Assembly (NCBI RefSeq): GCF_006345805.1
Contig: NC_043021.1
Location: 25,110,001-25,174,000, forward strand
Source: Octopus sinensis
Lineage: Eukaryota
DNA length: 64,000 nucleotides
Reading direction: 5' to 3'
Shown here piece after piece: positions 1-12,894 of this stretch. Under the pieces are notes generated by a model. That model ran no database searches and was not told the DNA's origin. It saw only the letters and a program-made list of their open reading frames with translations. Positions within the stretch are counted from its first letter, which is position 1; every line of letters starts with the position of its first letter. The position numbers and the translations under genes are program-made.

Positions 1-229
1 TGGACACATACACATATATGCACACTTGCACATATATGATACATGTGCATATATGTGTGTGTGTGTGTATGTATATATATATATATATATATGTACACAC
101 ACACGTGTATACATTTATACATATATATATATATGCATACATCTCTATATACATACACATAGACATATAAAGAAATATATCCATGTGCATTGAGAAAACA
201 TACCCATCTATCTATTTATCTATCTATAT

Positions 230-260
<31 letters not shown>

Positions 261-682
261 TATATATACATACATATATGCCTATGTATACATACACAGC
301 CACACACATATGCACATGTGTCTATATGCACATACACACACACGCACACGCACACACACACACACATATAAAGCATGTTAGAGTTAGTGGGTGGTAACAA
401 TGTGAAAAAAAATAATAGAAGGGAAGAAAAAGCTAAAAGTGGTGTCCTTGATTTAGTATTTTTCTGTTGTTTTTTGGTTTTTGTTTTGCTGCCTTCATTA
501 CAGAGTTTGTTGTTGTTTGTTGTTGTTGGTTTTAGTTGATGAGGGTTCACAACTGACTGTTCTGCCTTGGCTATTGAATTATTTAATTTATTTCTGTCTG
601 CTTTCCTTATATATAAGAAATTACATCCATACACACACACACAAGCACGTGCATGGGCATGTATATGTACACACACACACAC

Positions 683-742
<60 letters not shown>

Positions 743-751
743 TATACATAT

Positions 752-810
<59 letters not shown>

Positions 811-842
811 GTATATATATATATATACATATATGTATATAT

Positions 843-888
<46 letters not shown>

Positions 889-934
889 GTATATATATAT
901 ATATACATATATGTATATATATACATATATACAT

Positions 935-1004
<70 letters not shown>

Positions 1005-1057
1005 TAATATATATATATATATATATATTATATATCTATATATATTATATATGTATA

Positions 1058-1108
<51 letters not shown>

Positions 1109-1260
1109 AATTTCACATATAATATGTGTGTATGTGTGTGTGTGTGATAATATATATATGTATGTATTATGTAAGTATGTATGTATGTATATATATATAT
1201 ACACGCACGTGTGTGTGTCTATGCATGTAATTTCTTATATATAAAAGAAAGTAGTGTATG
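1..1260. repeat. Compound (TA)n/(CA)n/(TG)n microsatellite field
   Basis: Directly visible dinucleotide repeats; source of the YIYI/HTHT ORFs. Confidence 0.97.
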
Positions 1261-1319
1261 TGTATGTATATGTGTGCATGTACATACACATACACTATGT
1301 ATATAACAAAGTAAAGTTG

Positions 1320-1870
1320 TAAGATACCGCACGAGTGGAAATATATATGAAAGAAGGTTTGAAAATGCAATTTTAAAAGATGTTTATTCACTTGACCAGT
1401 TTCACTTTTTTAGAAAAAGTTTGTCAAAAGTAAAATGTATGAACTTTGTATGAACTTTGTTGTGTTAAGTACTGGTTTTCACAAAAGTATTAAAATACAG
1501 ATATACATTCTTTGATAATAATAAGAAAATGTTAAAAACAGTTTACAAGGAAATATTTGAGAAAATATTCAACAAAAAAGTATTAGGAATTCAATATAAA
1601 TCATGTTTGTTTGGAAGTATATATATACACAGAAGGAGATATGTTTAAGAATTTACATAAAATTGGAGAGGAACCAACCTGTCTTTTTGGCATTTTTTCT
1701 ATTTTGTGTGTAGCTAAGGAATGTTTGCTATTTTAAGGGACAGTGTGGGAGGTTCGTTGGGGTGAGGAGAAGGAGGAGCAATGTGGAATTAAAAGGATTT
1801 TTTTGTTTCTGGGCTAGTCTGTCATGGTTCAGTGGTTTTGGGGACTGGTCTCAGAGGTCAGAATGGTGTG
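1320..1870. mobile_element. Degenerate Penelope-like retroelement remnant
   Basis: Strand-skewed T/G-rich stretch next to a (TA)n tract, with CACTTGACCAGTTTCAC resembling pLTR motifs; no intact protein motif recovered. Confidence 0.3.
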
Positions 1871-1959
1871 AGTGTGTGTGTGTCTGTGCACAGAGGTGTT
1901 CACAGACACACACACACACTCACACACACACACACCTCCATCCATCTTCTTGACCCACT

Positions 1960-2830
1960 ATTGTTGGGGTGGGTCTGAGTGCAGAGTTCTTACGCACTTC
2001 CTCCGTAGGGCCCTATCAAAAATAACTGTCATTAGACTTTCTGGTTGGATTTCCAGACACGACCAGCTGAGACAATGCATATCGTCCTAGTCATCTCATT
2101 CTTGCTCTACCCCAGGGTCTCTTGCTGGTGGGCTCAGTCTGAAGAATCTGTCTTGCAATTCTTTCCTGCAACATTCTAATCCCATGTCCTTTGCACCAGA
2201 ACTGTAAACTTTCAATATGGAAAAGTTGTGACTCAACCTGAAGAGGTCTCCAGGCTATGCACCTTGTCGACTAACTTTATTCCAAAAATCCTTCAGAAGA
2301 ACCCCATTTTGGTTGCACGTATTTGCAACCATGCTCTTTTGGTCATTACCCAACATTTATGAGTATAGGTGAATATAGGTACAAATACCAAATTGAAGAA
2401 AGTGAGTTTGGCTTTTTTACCAACCTTTCTTCTTTTGAAGACCAAATGTCACAGGTGGCACTCTACTGTGCCAGCATATGCAATTCTAGCATCCAATCAG
2501 TTTTCAGCTCCCTATTACTCATGAATACAGTCCTAAGATAATTAAACTTCTCCATCTGTCTCAATGATATTCCATTATATATGTATGATGGACTCTTCCA
2601 TCAAAGGTGACATATGAGTGTTCAATGAGAAGACAGAAGGCAAATTGAACAAAGTAGACAATCAACAACGCACATTGCTATTACTAGTTTTCAATTCAAA
2701 TGCTTTCAATTTATTCACTTTACCTGGTGACTCCTCGTGTGAGTTCTCAGGCCATCAAAAGCAATATGGATTTCCAGAATTGTCCTATTCTTTGTCCTAT
2801 CATCCCACATGAAATCTGTTCTGTTGAGTA
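1960..2830 (-). mobile_element. Decayed RTE-clade LINE 3' fragment (family also at ~6500-6800 and ~46340-46680)
   Basis: Minus-strand translation resembles the RTE C-terminus (ERIARQIL..PTSKRPWGRARMR); three related copies in the window. Confidence 0.6.
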
Positions 2831-4384
2831 ATGTTCCTACAATAAAGTGTCCAAGTCTCTGCTCCATGTAAGAGTTGTTATGTCATCTGACTTATACGCA
2901 TCTATTTTTGTGTGTGTATATATGTACATCATACGTACATATATGTCACACACACACACACACACATACACATATATATATATCATATATATATACACAC
3001 ACACACACACATATGTATGTGTGTGTGTGTGTGTGTGTTTATGTGTGTGTTACATATATTAGTGTGTGATTTTACTAAGATCTGGTGTACAGGAAGTAGT
3101 TGTGCAGATGAATAATTTTCAGTGGGTGTAGCTTCCACTGCGCTACGCCACCTATTGGCCCAAGAAGACTTTTGCCAGTGTGACATGAAAATTGACAAAA
3201 CCAGGAACTTCCAAGGCCTTAAGTTTTATTCAAGAGATTTCCTTCTCCTAGAAAGATTACCAACCAAGTAATGCCTCAATATACAAGTTAATTCATTCCT
3301 AGAGAATGCTCATAAAACAAAAACTCATAACCAGAAAATATAACTCGTTAAAACTTGTAAACGAAGGGCCTCATAAAGTTAGGTATTACTGTATATATGT
3401 ATATGTCACACATACACACACGTACGTACGTACACCTATTGAACATGTGCATGCATACATGTTCATAAACAGAAATAAATGGAAAAAATGTTAAATTTGT
3501 AGATTAACACTCGCACGATTTTCACTAAGAAAAAAAATCGTTTTTTTTGCATGGAATCAACTACTCTGGCCTCAAAACCTTTTTTGTGGTCCGTGAAACG
3601 GAGTGGGGTGTGGTGGAAGCCTCACAAATTGTACCCATTTATATTGTGTAATTCACTGACAAATTGTTACTCACCTTTTTGTTTCTTTGTTGTTAAATAA
3701 ATGGATTGTCATCAAAACACTTTTTTACTCAGTGTAAAATAAAAACAAAACTCTTTCGCACCCAAAGTAATGTGTGTGAGAGAGAGAGGTGGGGGAGAAA
3801 GATGAACGATTTAAAATAAATAAATGATTTAAAATAAATATATTGTAATTGTTGTGTGAGAAAGTATATATACTATGATTATAAAATATAGTGTCTTTCA
3901 AAAACAAAAAACAAAACATTTTACATTTTTTTTTTATGAACGTAGTCACTCTCTCTCTCTCCCTCTCTCACTTTGTCTTTCCCGTGAAACTCTCTGCTTC
4001 CTTCTTCCACTTTTCTTTATCTTTTTTTTTGTTAGACGCCATCAAAAAGCAATGACTGATATTTGTTATGGTTAAAAGCTATGGTTGAAAATAGATTTTT
4101 ACCCTATCCGCGGGTGCCTCGGGCAAAAAATAAGCTGACAAAACCCAGATAGGGTGTTGACAAATATCCTCCTAAAATTTGAGCGGCACGTGTGCTAATT
4201 TGTGGATGTGCATAAATTACAATCACACACACACACACACCACACACACGCACACACATCCTCCCTTTTATAGGTATGATATATATATATATACATACAC
4301 ATATATGTAAATATGTAAATAACATTTGTCTTTTTTATAAGCCTCAAAACGTGTATTGTACAATAAAAATAAAATCTTTTTCGG

Positions 4385-4642
4385 AACACAGAATTGCTGT
4401 TAAAATTGCAGAAATATTGAGTAAATTACCCTTACAAAGCAGAAAAATTTGTCAACAAGTAGCCATGAGACTCAAACTCACATCCTCCACGACACCAGGA
4501 GCGTGCTTGACCATTAAGCTAAACTGCCCACTGACAAATTTATCCACTAAATTTATCTGCTATGTGTATATAAATATAAATTTTCCACTTTGTAAGGGTA
4601 ATTTACCCAGTTTTTTTGCTATTTTAATAGCAATTCTGTGTT
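4385..4642 (-). mobile_element. Terminal-inverted-repeat element enclosing a tRNA-like (A-box/B-box) core
   Basis: Imperfect ~65-bp TIRs (AACACAGAATTGC...GCAATTCTGTGTT); inner AAATTTGTCA/TGACAAATTT repeat; minus-strand TAGCTTAATGG (4511-4521) and GTTTGAGTC (4469-4477). Confidence 0.65.
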
Positions 4643-4829
4643 TGAAAAATATCATCTTATTTGTATTGTACAATATATATATATATATATAAATGTATGT
4701 ATGCACACAAATATACACATATATATGGTTAGTCCATACTACTCCATAAGGAGCATAGGACCGTGACCATTTCTTTTCTAGCTCTATTCTATATGAGCCA
4801 GATTATCAGCATATATATATATATATGTA

Positions 4830-5045
4830 TAAGTATATAAAGTTAATCCAAACATGAAAACACAACAATGTGAGGACGTGGAACAAGTATAGTATAATTG
4901 GACGCTCAGGAAAAAGGAAAGAAGGAGGGTTTAATGTTTCGAGCGGAGCTCTTCGTTAGAAACATAGGAAAAGGAAAGATCCAAAGAAGGGAAGACGGAG
5001 GGAAAAAAATCGCCAATGGTACACACGAGGTCACATTTTGAATGT
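4830..5045 (-). mobile_element. Penelope pLTR-like short repeat with degenerate minimal hammerhead (4929-4963)
   Basis: Minus strand GUUU-CUAACGA-A-GAGC(UCC)GCUC-GAAAC-AUU-AAAC; flanked by (TA)n. Confidence 0.6.
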
Positions 5046-5082
5046 ATATATATGTATATATATATATATAGATATATATATA

Positions 5083-5173
<91 letters not shown>

Positions 5174-5224
5174 TACACGCATACATATATATATATATGT
5201 GTATATATATTATATATATACACG

Positions 5225-5270
<46 letters not shown>

Positions 5271-5300
5271 GCATGTATGAATGTATATGCATATGCATAT
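5045..5300. repeat. (TA)n microsatellite
   Basis: Visible repeat. Confidence 0.95.
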
Positions 5301-6065
5301 GTGTGTGTGTATACATTTATACATATGTATCTATGTATGAATATGTTGTCGTCATCATCATCATCATCGTTTTAACATTTGCCTTCCATGCTGGCATCGG
5401 TTGGACATATGTGTGTGTTTGTGCGTGAGTGAGTGTGCATATTGATGTTTCTTTTTCTCTGTATCTTGTTTCTTTTTTTAGTTTTTCTTGTCAGTCTGCA
5501 CTACAACCTGACAAACTCCTTAACACACCAACCTTTCTTAACTTCCTACCCCCTGCTAACCTTTAGCATACCAAGTAGAATGTCTAGTCTACCTCATAAA
5601 TTATGCATTACCAGTAGAGGTTTTTGATATCCATACTCTGTAGAGTATATTTCCTTATTTTTCTTAGTTTTGATCAATTACATATCCATGTTAATGAAAC
5701 ACCAGCAAACAGCAAAAAGTAATTGAAAAGAATTGCCACAGCTTCTATTGAAATGGAAAAAAAAAAAGCATTATAATTCATGGAGGTGGTGGTAATGGTG
5801 ATGATAGTGGTGGTGAGGCTGGTGGTGGAGGCAGTGGTGGTGATGATCCAATAATATTGAGCTATTTATTATGGTGATACTTTTGTAGGAGGTACTTCAG
5901 AAATATCCTGCTTGTATTATTGGTTGCAGTGATGTGATGATTATGGTACTTGCCACTGGTATTACTGGTATGACATAGTGACAAAGTTCTAGTTGCAGGT
6001 GTTTTGGTGTTCAGGATGTAGTGGAGTTGTTTTACTTCAAATCCAGCCATGACCATGCCATCTTG

Positions 6066-6425
6066 TTTATTACCTCCATCTTAGCGAAGGCAGAGGTATA
6101 CTTTCAGCTGTGTTTGTTTGTGGACAAGATATCTCAAGAACCGCTGGATGGATTCAGATGAAACTTTCAGGCATGTCTGGCTTTGTGACTGGCATGAACT
6201 GAAAAGATTTTGGGATCGATCTGGTACCGGACAAGGTTTCTGGATTATTTTTCCAGTTTTTTTACTAATTTTTGAGAGTGACCAGGTTCATTTTTAGTAT
6301 TCTCACTTGTGAGAGCAGTCGAGTTTATTTCAGACATTCTCATTTTAAAAATCCTCTCCAGCTTATCATTGAGAGGACATTGGTGTTGCCTTGGCAGAGG
6401 TTTGCACTCTCTGAGTGCTCGGTTT
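6066..6425 (+). mobile_element. Non-autonomous Helentron/HINE-like element
   Basis: Subterminal inverted motif TTACCTCC..GAAGGCAGAGG ... GCCTTGGCAGAGGT, GTTTGT microsatellite and GATGAAACTTTCAGG, as in HINE/DINE-type elements. Confidence 0.55.
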
Positions 6426-6499
6426 TTTTTTTAGATTTACCTTTTGCCAAACTGGAGTGTGTCTAGCCATCCAACCCTCTTCTCCACTCATTAATCCTG

Positions 6500-6800
6500 G
6501 GAAGGTAGAGCCCTTGGGCACTTCCTCCCTACGGTCATTAAACTCTCTGGTTGGATTTCCAAGCATGACCAACACTGTAGATAATATCTGACCATCTCAC
6601 TCTTGGTTGACATTTAATTCTCCTAATCAGTTGGTACAGCTTGAAGAATCTGTCTTGCAATCTTTTCTTGCAGCATTCCAGCCACATGTCCATAGCACTG
6701 GAGCTGTGACTTCTCAAGGCACCCTGTCAACTAATGATACTCCGGGATCCTTCAGAAGAAACCCATTTCAGCCGATTGTATTTGCAATCACACTCTTTCT
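6500..6800 (-). mobile_element. RTE-clade LINE 3' fragment (same family as 1960-2830)
   Basis: Shares GAAGAATCTGTCTTGCAAT.TTT.CTGCA.CATTC with ~2140 and ~46520. Confidence 0.55.
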
Positions 6801-7663
6801 TAATGGACATTTTTTTCACAGAATAATGGAACAGAATAACAAACGTTTACACAGTGTCAAGACAAAGAGACACAAACATACAAGCAATGGGCTTCTTTCA
6901 GTTTATACCAACCAAGTTCACTCACATGGAATTGGTTAGCCTGGTGCTGTAGTAGTAGACTTTTGCTCAGAGTGGGACTGAACCTGAAACTACAAGGTTG
7001 CAAAGTGAACATCTTAACCACATAGCCATGCCTGTGCCTATATGTATATCATCATTCATTGTTTAATGTCCCTTTTCCCATTCTGGCATGGGTTGGATTA
7101 TTTGACAGTAATTGATGAGCCAAAGGGTTCTTCTTTGGCATGGCTTCTGCAGCTGGAAGCCCTTCCTAATGCCAACCATTTTGCAGTGTGTACTGGGTGC
7201 TTTTTTTCTTGGCAGCAGTACAGGTGAGGTTGTGAAGCACCTGCAAGACAAGACCCCACCTCAACTGAGTGGAGTCTAGTATTGAAGGAGGGGAGAGTGT
7301 AATAGAGGGACAAGAGCAGGAGTCATGCTGAAAGGGTCAATACATAGCTTTCCCTTCGAAAGAGAGAAAGATGGTGAGGACACACCCTCAAGGTACAAGG
7401 TGAATATAAAAGAGAGAATAGAGATGCAGGTACAGAAAAGGCAGGCAGTAGGTAGGTGGGGTGACGTGAAAAGAGTGCGACAAATAGAGATGAGGATTGG
7501 GGGTAGACCCAGTGAATACCTGGTTCTTTGGGGAGGAGAGAAATGAAGGAAAAAACAGTAGGCAAGGGAGGAGGAGGAGGAGGAAGTGATAGGGACAGTA
7601 ACAGGGAGACAATGTCAAGTGGAGTGACATAAATGGTTTCATTTACAGCATCTGAGTCACTTT

Positions 7664-7880
7664 CATCATCATCATCATCATCATCGTTTAGCGTCCGCTT
7701 TCCATGCTAGCATGGGTTGGACGGTTCAACTGGGGTCTGTGAAGCCAGAAGGCTGCATCAGGCCCAGTCTGATCTGGCAGTGTTTCTACAGCTGGATGCC
7801 CTTCCTAACGCCAACCACTCCATGAGTGTAGTGGGTGCTTTTTACGTGCCACCTGCACAGGTGCCAGACGGAGCTGGCAA
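7664..7880 (-). mobile_element. (ATG)n-tailed short repeat, probably the 3' UTR of the RTE family at 57850-58911
   Basis: Near-identical to 57850-58060 and to the reverse complement of 27480-27662. Confidence 0.75.
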
Positions 7881-8872
7881 ACGGTTTTCTAAATACAAAC
7901 ACACACATAATTTGTAATAATGAAATCAAACCAAATAATAATATTTTGAAAGTATTTAATATGTTTATATAAATTACATCTAATTAAATAACATATAAAT
8001 TACAAAATTTTAATTTTTTTAGTTTGTCTTTGGTCAGGAAGTGTTATTTCCTATTTGCTTTTAACTCAAAATCAAAAGAAATGACTGCTATTCCCTTCAA
8101 ACTTCACTTTTCTGACCTGGACATCAATGTTTAGAAACTGACCTATTTCCCATTACATTTCAGACAGATTCAGCATCTAAGTTGCTGAAGCAGAAATATC
8201 ATTATAGCAAATCTTCTGCACAATACCACAGATTTGCTTGACCTTAATCATTTGAGAATGTCCCTTGGTGGCTGACAATATGTGCATCTCAGACCATGAG
8301 CAGGAGTAGTGGAGGAGCATCATAGCCATGTGTTGAGAGGGATTCTTTGAGAGGGGTTTGAATAAATATAACAAATACAAATTTCACTGGAAATATTAGC
8401 CATTTTACATACTTTCTAGGGATCAGCATACAGGAAACAGTTGGTATCCAAGGAATAAAAAAAGGGTTACACAGTGTCGTGAATTATTTGGGGCTACAAC
8501 AATAAGTCAATACAGGGTAAGAATTAATGACAAATGTCAATTTTTAACACATGATACAAAACAATAGGGGTATTTCAGTTTGTAGCAGGTCTTCCACAAC
8601 AAATCCTTGTTTCAAGAACTGTGAATCTCATCAATTGCTAAAAAAAAGAACAATAAGATAAAATCCTTCTTTGACTAGGAGCCTTTAATAATGTGGCAAT
8701 GTAAGATTAGGTAGATAGCTGGCTATAACAGATGAAGGGGCCAAAAAGCTTCCTGCAGTTGTGTATGTTGATGGGGTGGGGTAGAGAGATCTCTCCAGAA
8801 TAAGACAGAATGATTAATAATGGCTTAAACAATTTGATTGAACAAGTTTAACTCGGGACTGAACGATACGTC

Positions 8873-9105
8873 GTCGAGCTGGCAGAACCGTTAGCACGCC
8901 GGGCGAAATGCGTAGCTGTATTTTGTCTGCCGTTACGTTCTGAGTTCAAATTCCGCCAAGGTCGACTTTGCCTTTCATCCTTTCGGGGTCGATAAATTAA
9001 GTACCAGTTACGCACTGAGGTCAATGTAATCGACTTAATCCGTTTGTCTGTCCTTGTTTGTCCCCTCTGTGTTTAGCCCCTTGTGGGTAGTAAAGAAATT
9101 GGTAT
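8873..9105 (+). mobile_element. tRNA-derived SINE, young copy
   Basis: GAGCTGGCAGAA A-box-like head, GAGTTCAAATTCC B-box, GCCTTTCATCCTTTCGGGGTCGATAAA core; related copies at ~10620-10810, ~12385-12570, ~29805-29900, ~50310-50520. Confidence 0.8.
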
Positions 9106-9189
9106 TCGAAAAAGCATTTCATATACACATATAATGCTAAACAGCACAAGTGATTTGTTAAACATGTTTTTTTCTATGTTAGGCTAAAT

Positions 9190-9392
9190 CACTAGCGTAG
9201 CTAGAAGGGGGCAGTCCGCACCACTTTTGGGTCTGCTGTAGACTATAAGCCTCTATTGGCTGTAGTGAAATCAAATAATAGTGGTTTTAAACAATTGATA
9301 TAGTCACTGTGCAATATGTAATTTTTGTGGGGACCCGGGGGTGGAAAACAGAAGGGCTGCCCTGAGTGGCACAAACTCTAGCTACACCACTG
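9190..9392. mobile_element. hAT-like MITE
   Basis: TIRs CACTAGCGTAGCTAGA / TCTAGCTACACCACTG; imperfect 8-bp TSD GGCTAAAT/AACTAAAT. Confidence 0.6.
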
Positions 9393-9627
9393 AACTAAAT
9401 TTGTCAGAGCAAGTGGTTAATATTGGATACTTGCTACTGATGACTTGCAAATGGGCAGAAATCTAGATCTAACAATTCCACCACGGCTGTTGAATGCTTT
9501 ATCATTTGCTACTGTGTGCTTTTCAATAGGCAGGGCCACCTTAGCAATATTATAGGCACTAGGCACTTAAGATGGCACTGACTATACGGCTGTATGAGAA
9601 GCTTTCTCATGATGAATGCTGCAGTTT

Positions 9628-10037
9628 TGGGAAAGACTTCCCTCCATTTTCTCCCAAAGTTATTTTGAGATTTTTTTTTTTTTTTGCCAGATATGGAGAC
9701 TCCGGAAATTGCCAAAAATCGGCATTTTGAAATTTGTCCCCTCCCCCCAATTTCTTAATTTTTCACTTTTTACGATAACCCTAACCGTAACTACAAAGGA
9801 TTTTGTAAATTTATTTCAGAATCATAATCTCCGTATTTTTCCGATTATTTGAAAAAAAAAAAAAAAATTCTGAAAAAAAATTAAAAATGAAGAATTTAGT
9901 GGGAGGGGTAATTTCAAAATGCCGGTTTTTGCCAATTTTTTTTACAGATTCGTAGCCGAAAACAGGGGTTTGTCTTGAAAAAAAAAAATTTTTTTAAGGG
10001 GTGTTTGGGTGGGGGGTACAAAAGGAAGTCTTGCCCA
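9628..10037. mobile_element. Foldback-type MITE with nested inverted repeats
   Basis: Outer TGGGAAAGACTTCC / GGAAGTCTTGCCCA; inner ~55-bp inverted repeat (~9706-9768 vs ~9883-9938); central TAACCCTAACC. Confidence 0.55.
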
Positions 10038-10431
10038 GTTTTGTGACTTTCTTACAGTATTCTGAAGCAATTCTGCTTCGGTTGCTAATAATATCTATCT
10101 AATGTCTTAGCAAGAGTTTAAAAAGAAAAAATGTCGGAAAACAATTATATTATAGCCTAAAGCATAAAGAAGAGAGCATGATCATGTTCCCGACATGGCG
10201 ACATATCCGATGAGAAAATAAAATACAGTGGAAGTTGCTTATTGTAATCGCTTTGGCTGAGCCTCTTAGAGGATAATAACCAACTGATGACATTGAGCAA
10301 AAGATGTAACAATATTTTGTGACTTCCTCATTTTGACACTCAATCCAGAACATCATCTGCCATTATGATAAACGGTTTTCGTTGTACTTAAATTTCAATG
10401 GTACAGTCCATATAACTCGAAATATGCCTTG

Positions 10432-10538
10432 TATAAAATTTCCCCATTGTGAGCAATAAAATCACTGTAGAATAGAGAAGTATTTCGATGAGTTTCAGTG
10501 AAAGACCAGAAAACGATTGAGCAACGAGCGAAGTAAGT
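10432..10538 (+). promoter_or_regulatory. Candidate upstream promoter and non-coding first exon
   Basis: TATAAAA 10432-10438, Inr-like TCACT with A at 10464, GAA|GTAAGT donor at 10533, within a CpG-retaining region. Confidence 0.45.
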
Positions 10539-10991
10539 TGCGATGGAACCCGTTTCTCCTCCATGGAACACGTTTCTCTTCCAACCGCTTCAAACTGCTG
10601 AAAACCAATTCGCAGAAGCTCGCTGCTGATTGGTGGCAATTTTTGGCAGAATCGTTTGCGCGTTGGTATCTGTTTCGGCTTTTACGTTCTCAGTTCAAAT
10701 CCAGTTGAGGTCAATTTTGCTTTTCATCCTTCCGAGGTTGATAAAATAAAATATTAGTCGAGAACTGGGATCGATGTGATCGACTGTTCCCTGCCTCCAA
10801 ATTTGAGGCCTCATCTCTATGCAAAGACATCAACTTTCAAATATTTAAGTCATGAATTGTTTATAAATAACATACATAGACACACACATACATAAACACC
10901 ATACACACAATTAGACGTACATAGATATATACACGGAGTCTCTTTGCAGCCAGGAACAAACGATAAGACAATTTTTTGGAGATACATACGC

Positions 10992-11032
10992 CATAAAAAG
11001 ATTTCAATGCGGTAATAGTTCTTCATTGAACA
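10992..11032 (+). promoter_or_regulatory. Candidate proximal promoter of the Kazal gene
   Basis: CATAAAA 10992-10998 and Inr-like TCATT about 32 nt downstream, 8 nt before the ATG. Confidence 0.4.
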
Positions 11033-11069
11033 ATGAAAGTTTCCGTTATTTTTACCTTTCTCTTTACAA
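11033..11069 (+). CDS. Double-Kazal secreted protein, coding exon 1 (MKVSVIFTFLFT, signal peptide)
   Basis: ATG in ACAATGA context; A|GTAAGT donor in phase 1 matches exon 2, completing MKVSVIFTFLFTTVYA|SPW, a typical signal peptide. Confidence 0.8.
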
Positions 11070-12384
11070 GTAAGTATTTAAAAGTCTCCGTTGAACAACT
11101 TCCATTGCTTGTTTGAAAATGTCGTTAGAAAAGAACAACATTGACGGTCATCTAACGTAACAAACATTTGTTTCCTTAAGAGTGTCACGTTTTATATGTC
11201 TCCACTTTTATTTTCCTGTTTTGATTATTTTTCAATGAAACATTTTCCTAATAAATCGTCGGTTTGGCCCCACGGTGTTATTTTTCTACTTCTAATAGTA
11301 CTTATTGACCAATTCTGTGGCCATCTTTATATTAGGTTCGTGTCTCTCTTTTTGAGGCCATATAAAACATTGAATATCGTCAAAACAAATCTTTTCGAAA
11401 AAACGTAATTCATTGAAACTTAGTTTTTCTCCTAATTCCTTTCCTTTTATTAACATTTCTTTCCTTAATTGAAATAATGGATTGATTATCTTTCAACTTT
11501 AATCTACAAGAACCTCAAGAACGTACGACACATTTTGTTATGTTCGAATTGAAAGGAAATATCTAATAAACTTTTCATATTAATAATTAAATAGCAATCA
11601 ATGAGAAATGCCTGAATTAATAAAAATATGTGTACACTTCTGGACCCGAATAATCAAAAATCTGATTTTCATACTGAATTAACATTCATTGGAATTTCAG
11701 AAGTATTAACATCTTCCAATTAATAATTTTGACTTCGAGCGTGACGTGTTCCCCTTTTTCTTTTTTTTTAGGTTTAGTAAACAATATTAAAAGATTGTAA
11801 TAATTATTTGTGTTATAATGTCAGTCGTGTTAGAAATGGGATTAAACATCAATATATTTGAATGTCGTTCGTAGAAATAAAGGATAAAAAATATTTATTT
11901 TACACTGTCGAAAAAGTAGCATTTTTTTTTTGTCTAAATATTAGTTGTTTATTTTACTTGACTCTTCACTTGCTTAGAAAAATCAAGGAGTTGTCTTGTC
12001 GGAAGACTTCAAGATGGTTTCAGTTCTCAATTGCAGCTCTTTGTTAAAAACGTGAATCTCAAAACATCTCAATTTTCTCCCCCTATACTATAAAAATCGT
12101 TAAATTATCTCGTTTGTAATTCCATTCATACCCAAGATGTCTTACTGACATATAAAGCAATTAAGTCCTTCAATAGTAATTTGTTTTTATTGATCCGAGG
12201 TGGAAGAACGACATAATTGATGCTGGTAGAATTTTGACTCGGAACTTGAAGGACCGTAAATACATTTGCGGTCCATGAAGTCGTGCAATGCAATTTGTCT
12301 AATGCTCTAATGACTGCGGCGCAATGGTTATATTTTACAAGATTATTGTATTTAATTATTGTATCATTATATCTGCATTTCTAA

Positions 12385-12570
12385 GTCGGCGAGCTGGCAG
12401 AATTGTTTGTGGTATTTCGTCTGCTGCTACGTTCTGAGTTCAAATTCCGCCGAGGTCGACTTTGCCTTTCATCCCTTTCGAGGTCGATTAAATAAGTACC
12501 AGTTATGCATTGGGGTCGATGTAATAGACTTACCCCCTCCTAATTTCAGGCCTTGTGCCTATAATAGAAA
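12385..12570 (+). mobile_element. tRNA-derived SINE (family of 8873)
   Basis: GGCGAGCTGGCAGAA head, B-box, same core. Confidence 0.75.
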
Positions 12571-12894
12571 GAATTATATCTCCATCTCTAATTCCTACAC
12601 CAAACAGGTATGTACGTGGATGGCCATTTTGATAGATAATGGCGGCGCCTCTCTCATCTCTAATAATGTTTAGCCGTTGACTTGTCTGCTAGAAACTCTT
12701 CTGTCATTTGACAAGTTTTATCTTTAACCAGTCAGCCAGTAAACTGTGGAGTTGAAACACTGCTGGAGGGAGTTAGTTGCCAACCATCCAGTCACAAGAT
12801 CGGTTGTCTTGGCTTACATAATCCTTGTAGCAAGTAGAACCTTATCTGTTATAACACTGTAGAATAGTTGCATTATGTCTAATAATAATAAAAA

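Noticed and set aside
183-1391. ORFs of up to 236 aa rich in YI/HT/CV dipeptides (also ~5016-5375, 26151-26589, 30279-30690, 31724-32253, 38908-41487)
   Set aside because: Translations of (TA)n, (CA)n and (TG)n microsatellites, which lack stops in several frames.
4276-4692. 138-aa ORF
   Set aside because: Runs through a microsatellite and the TIR/tRNA-like element; no protein motif.
10150-10362. Minus-strand frames near the promoter, including a TGA-interrupted MADDVLD* frame (selenoprotein idea)
   Set aside because: No recognisable homology, no SECIS seen, no supporting splice structure.
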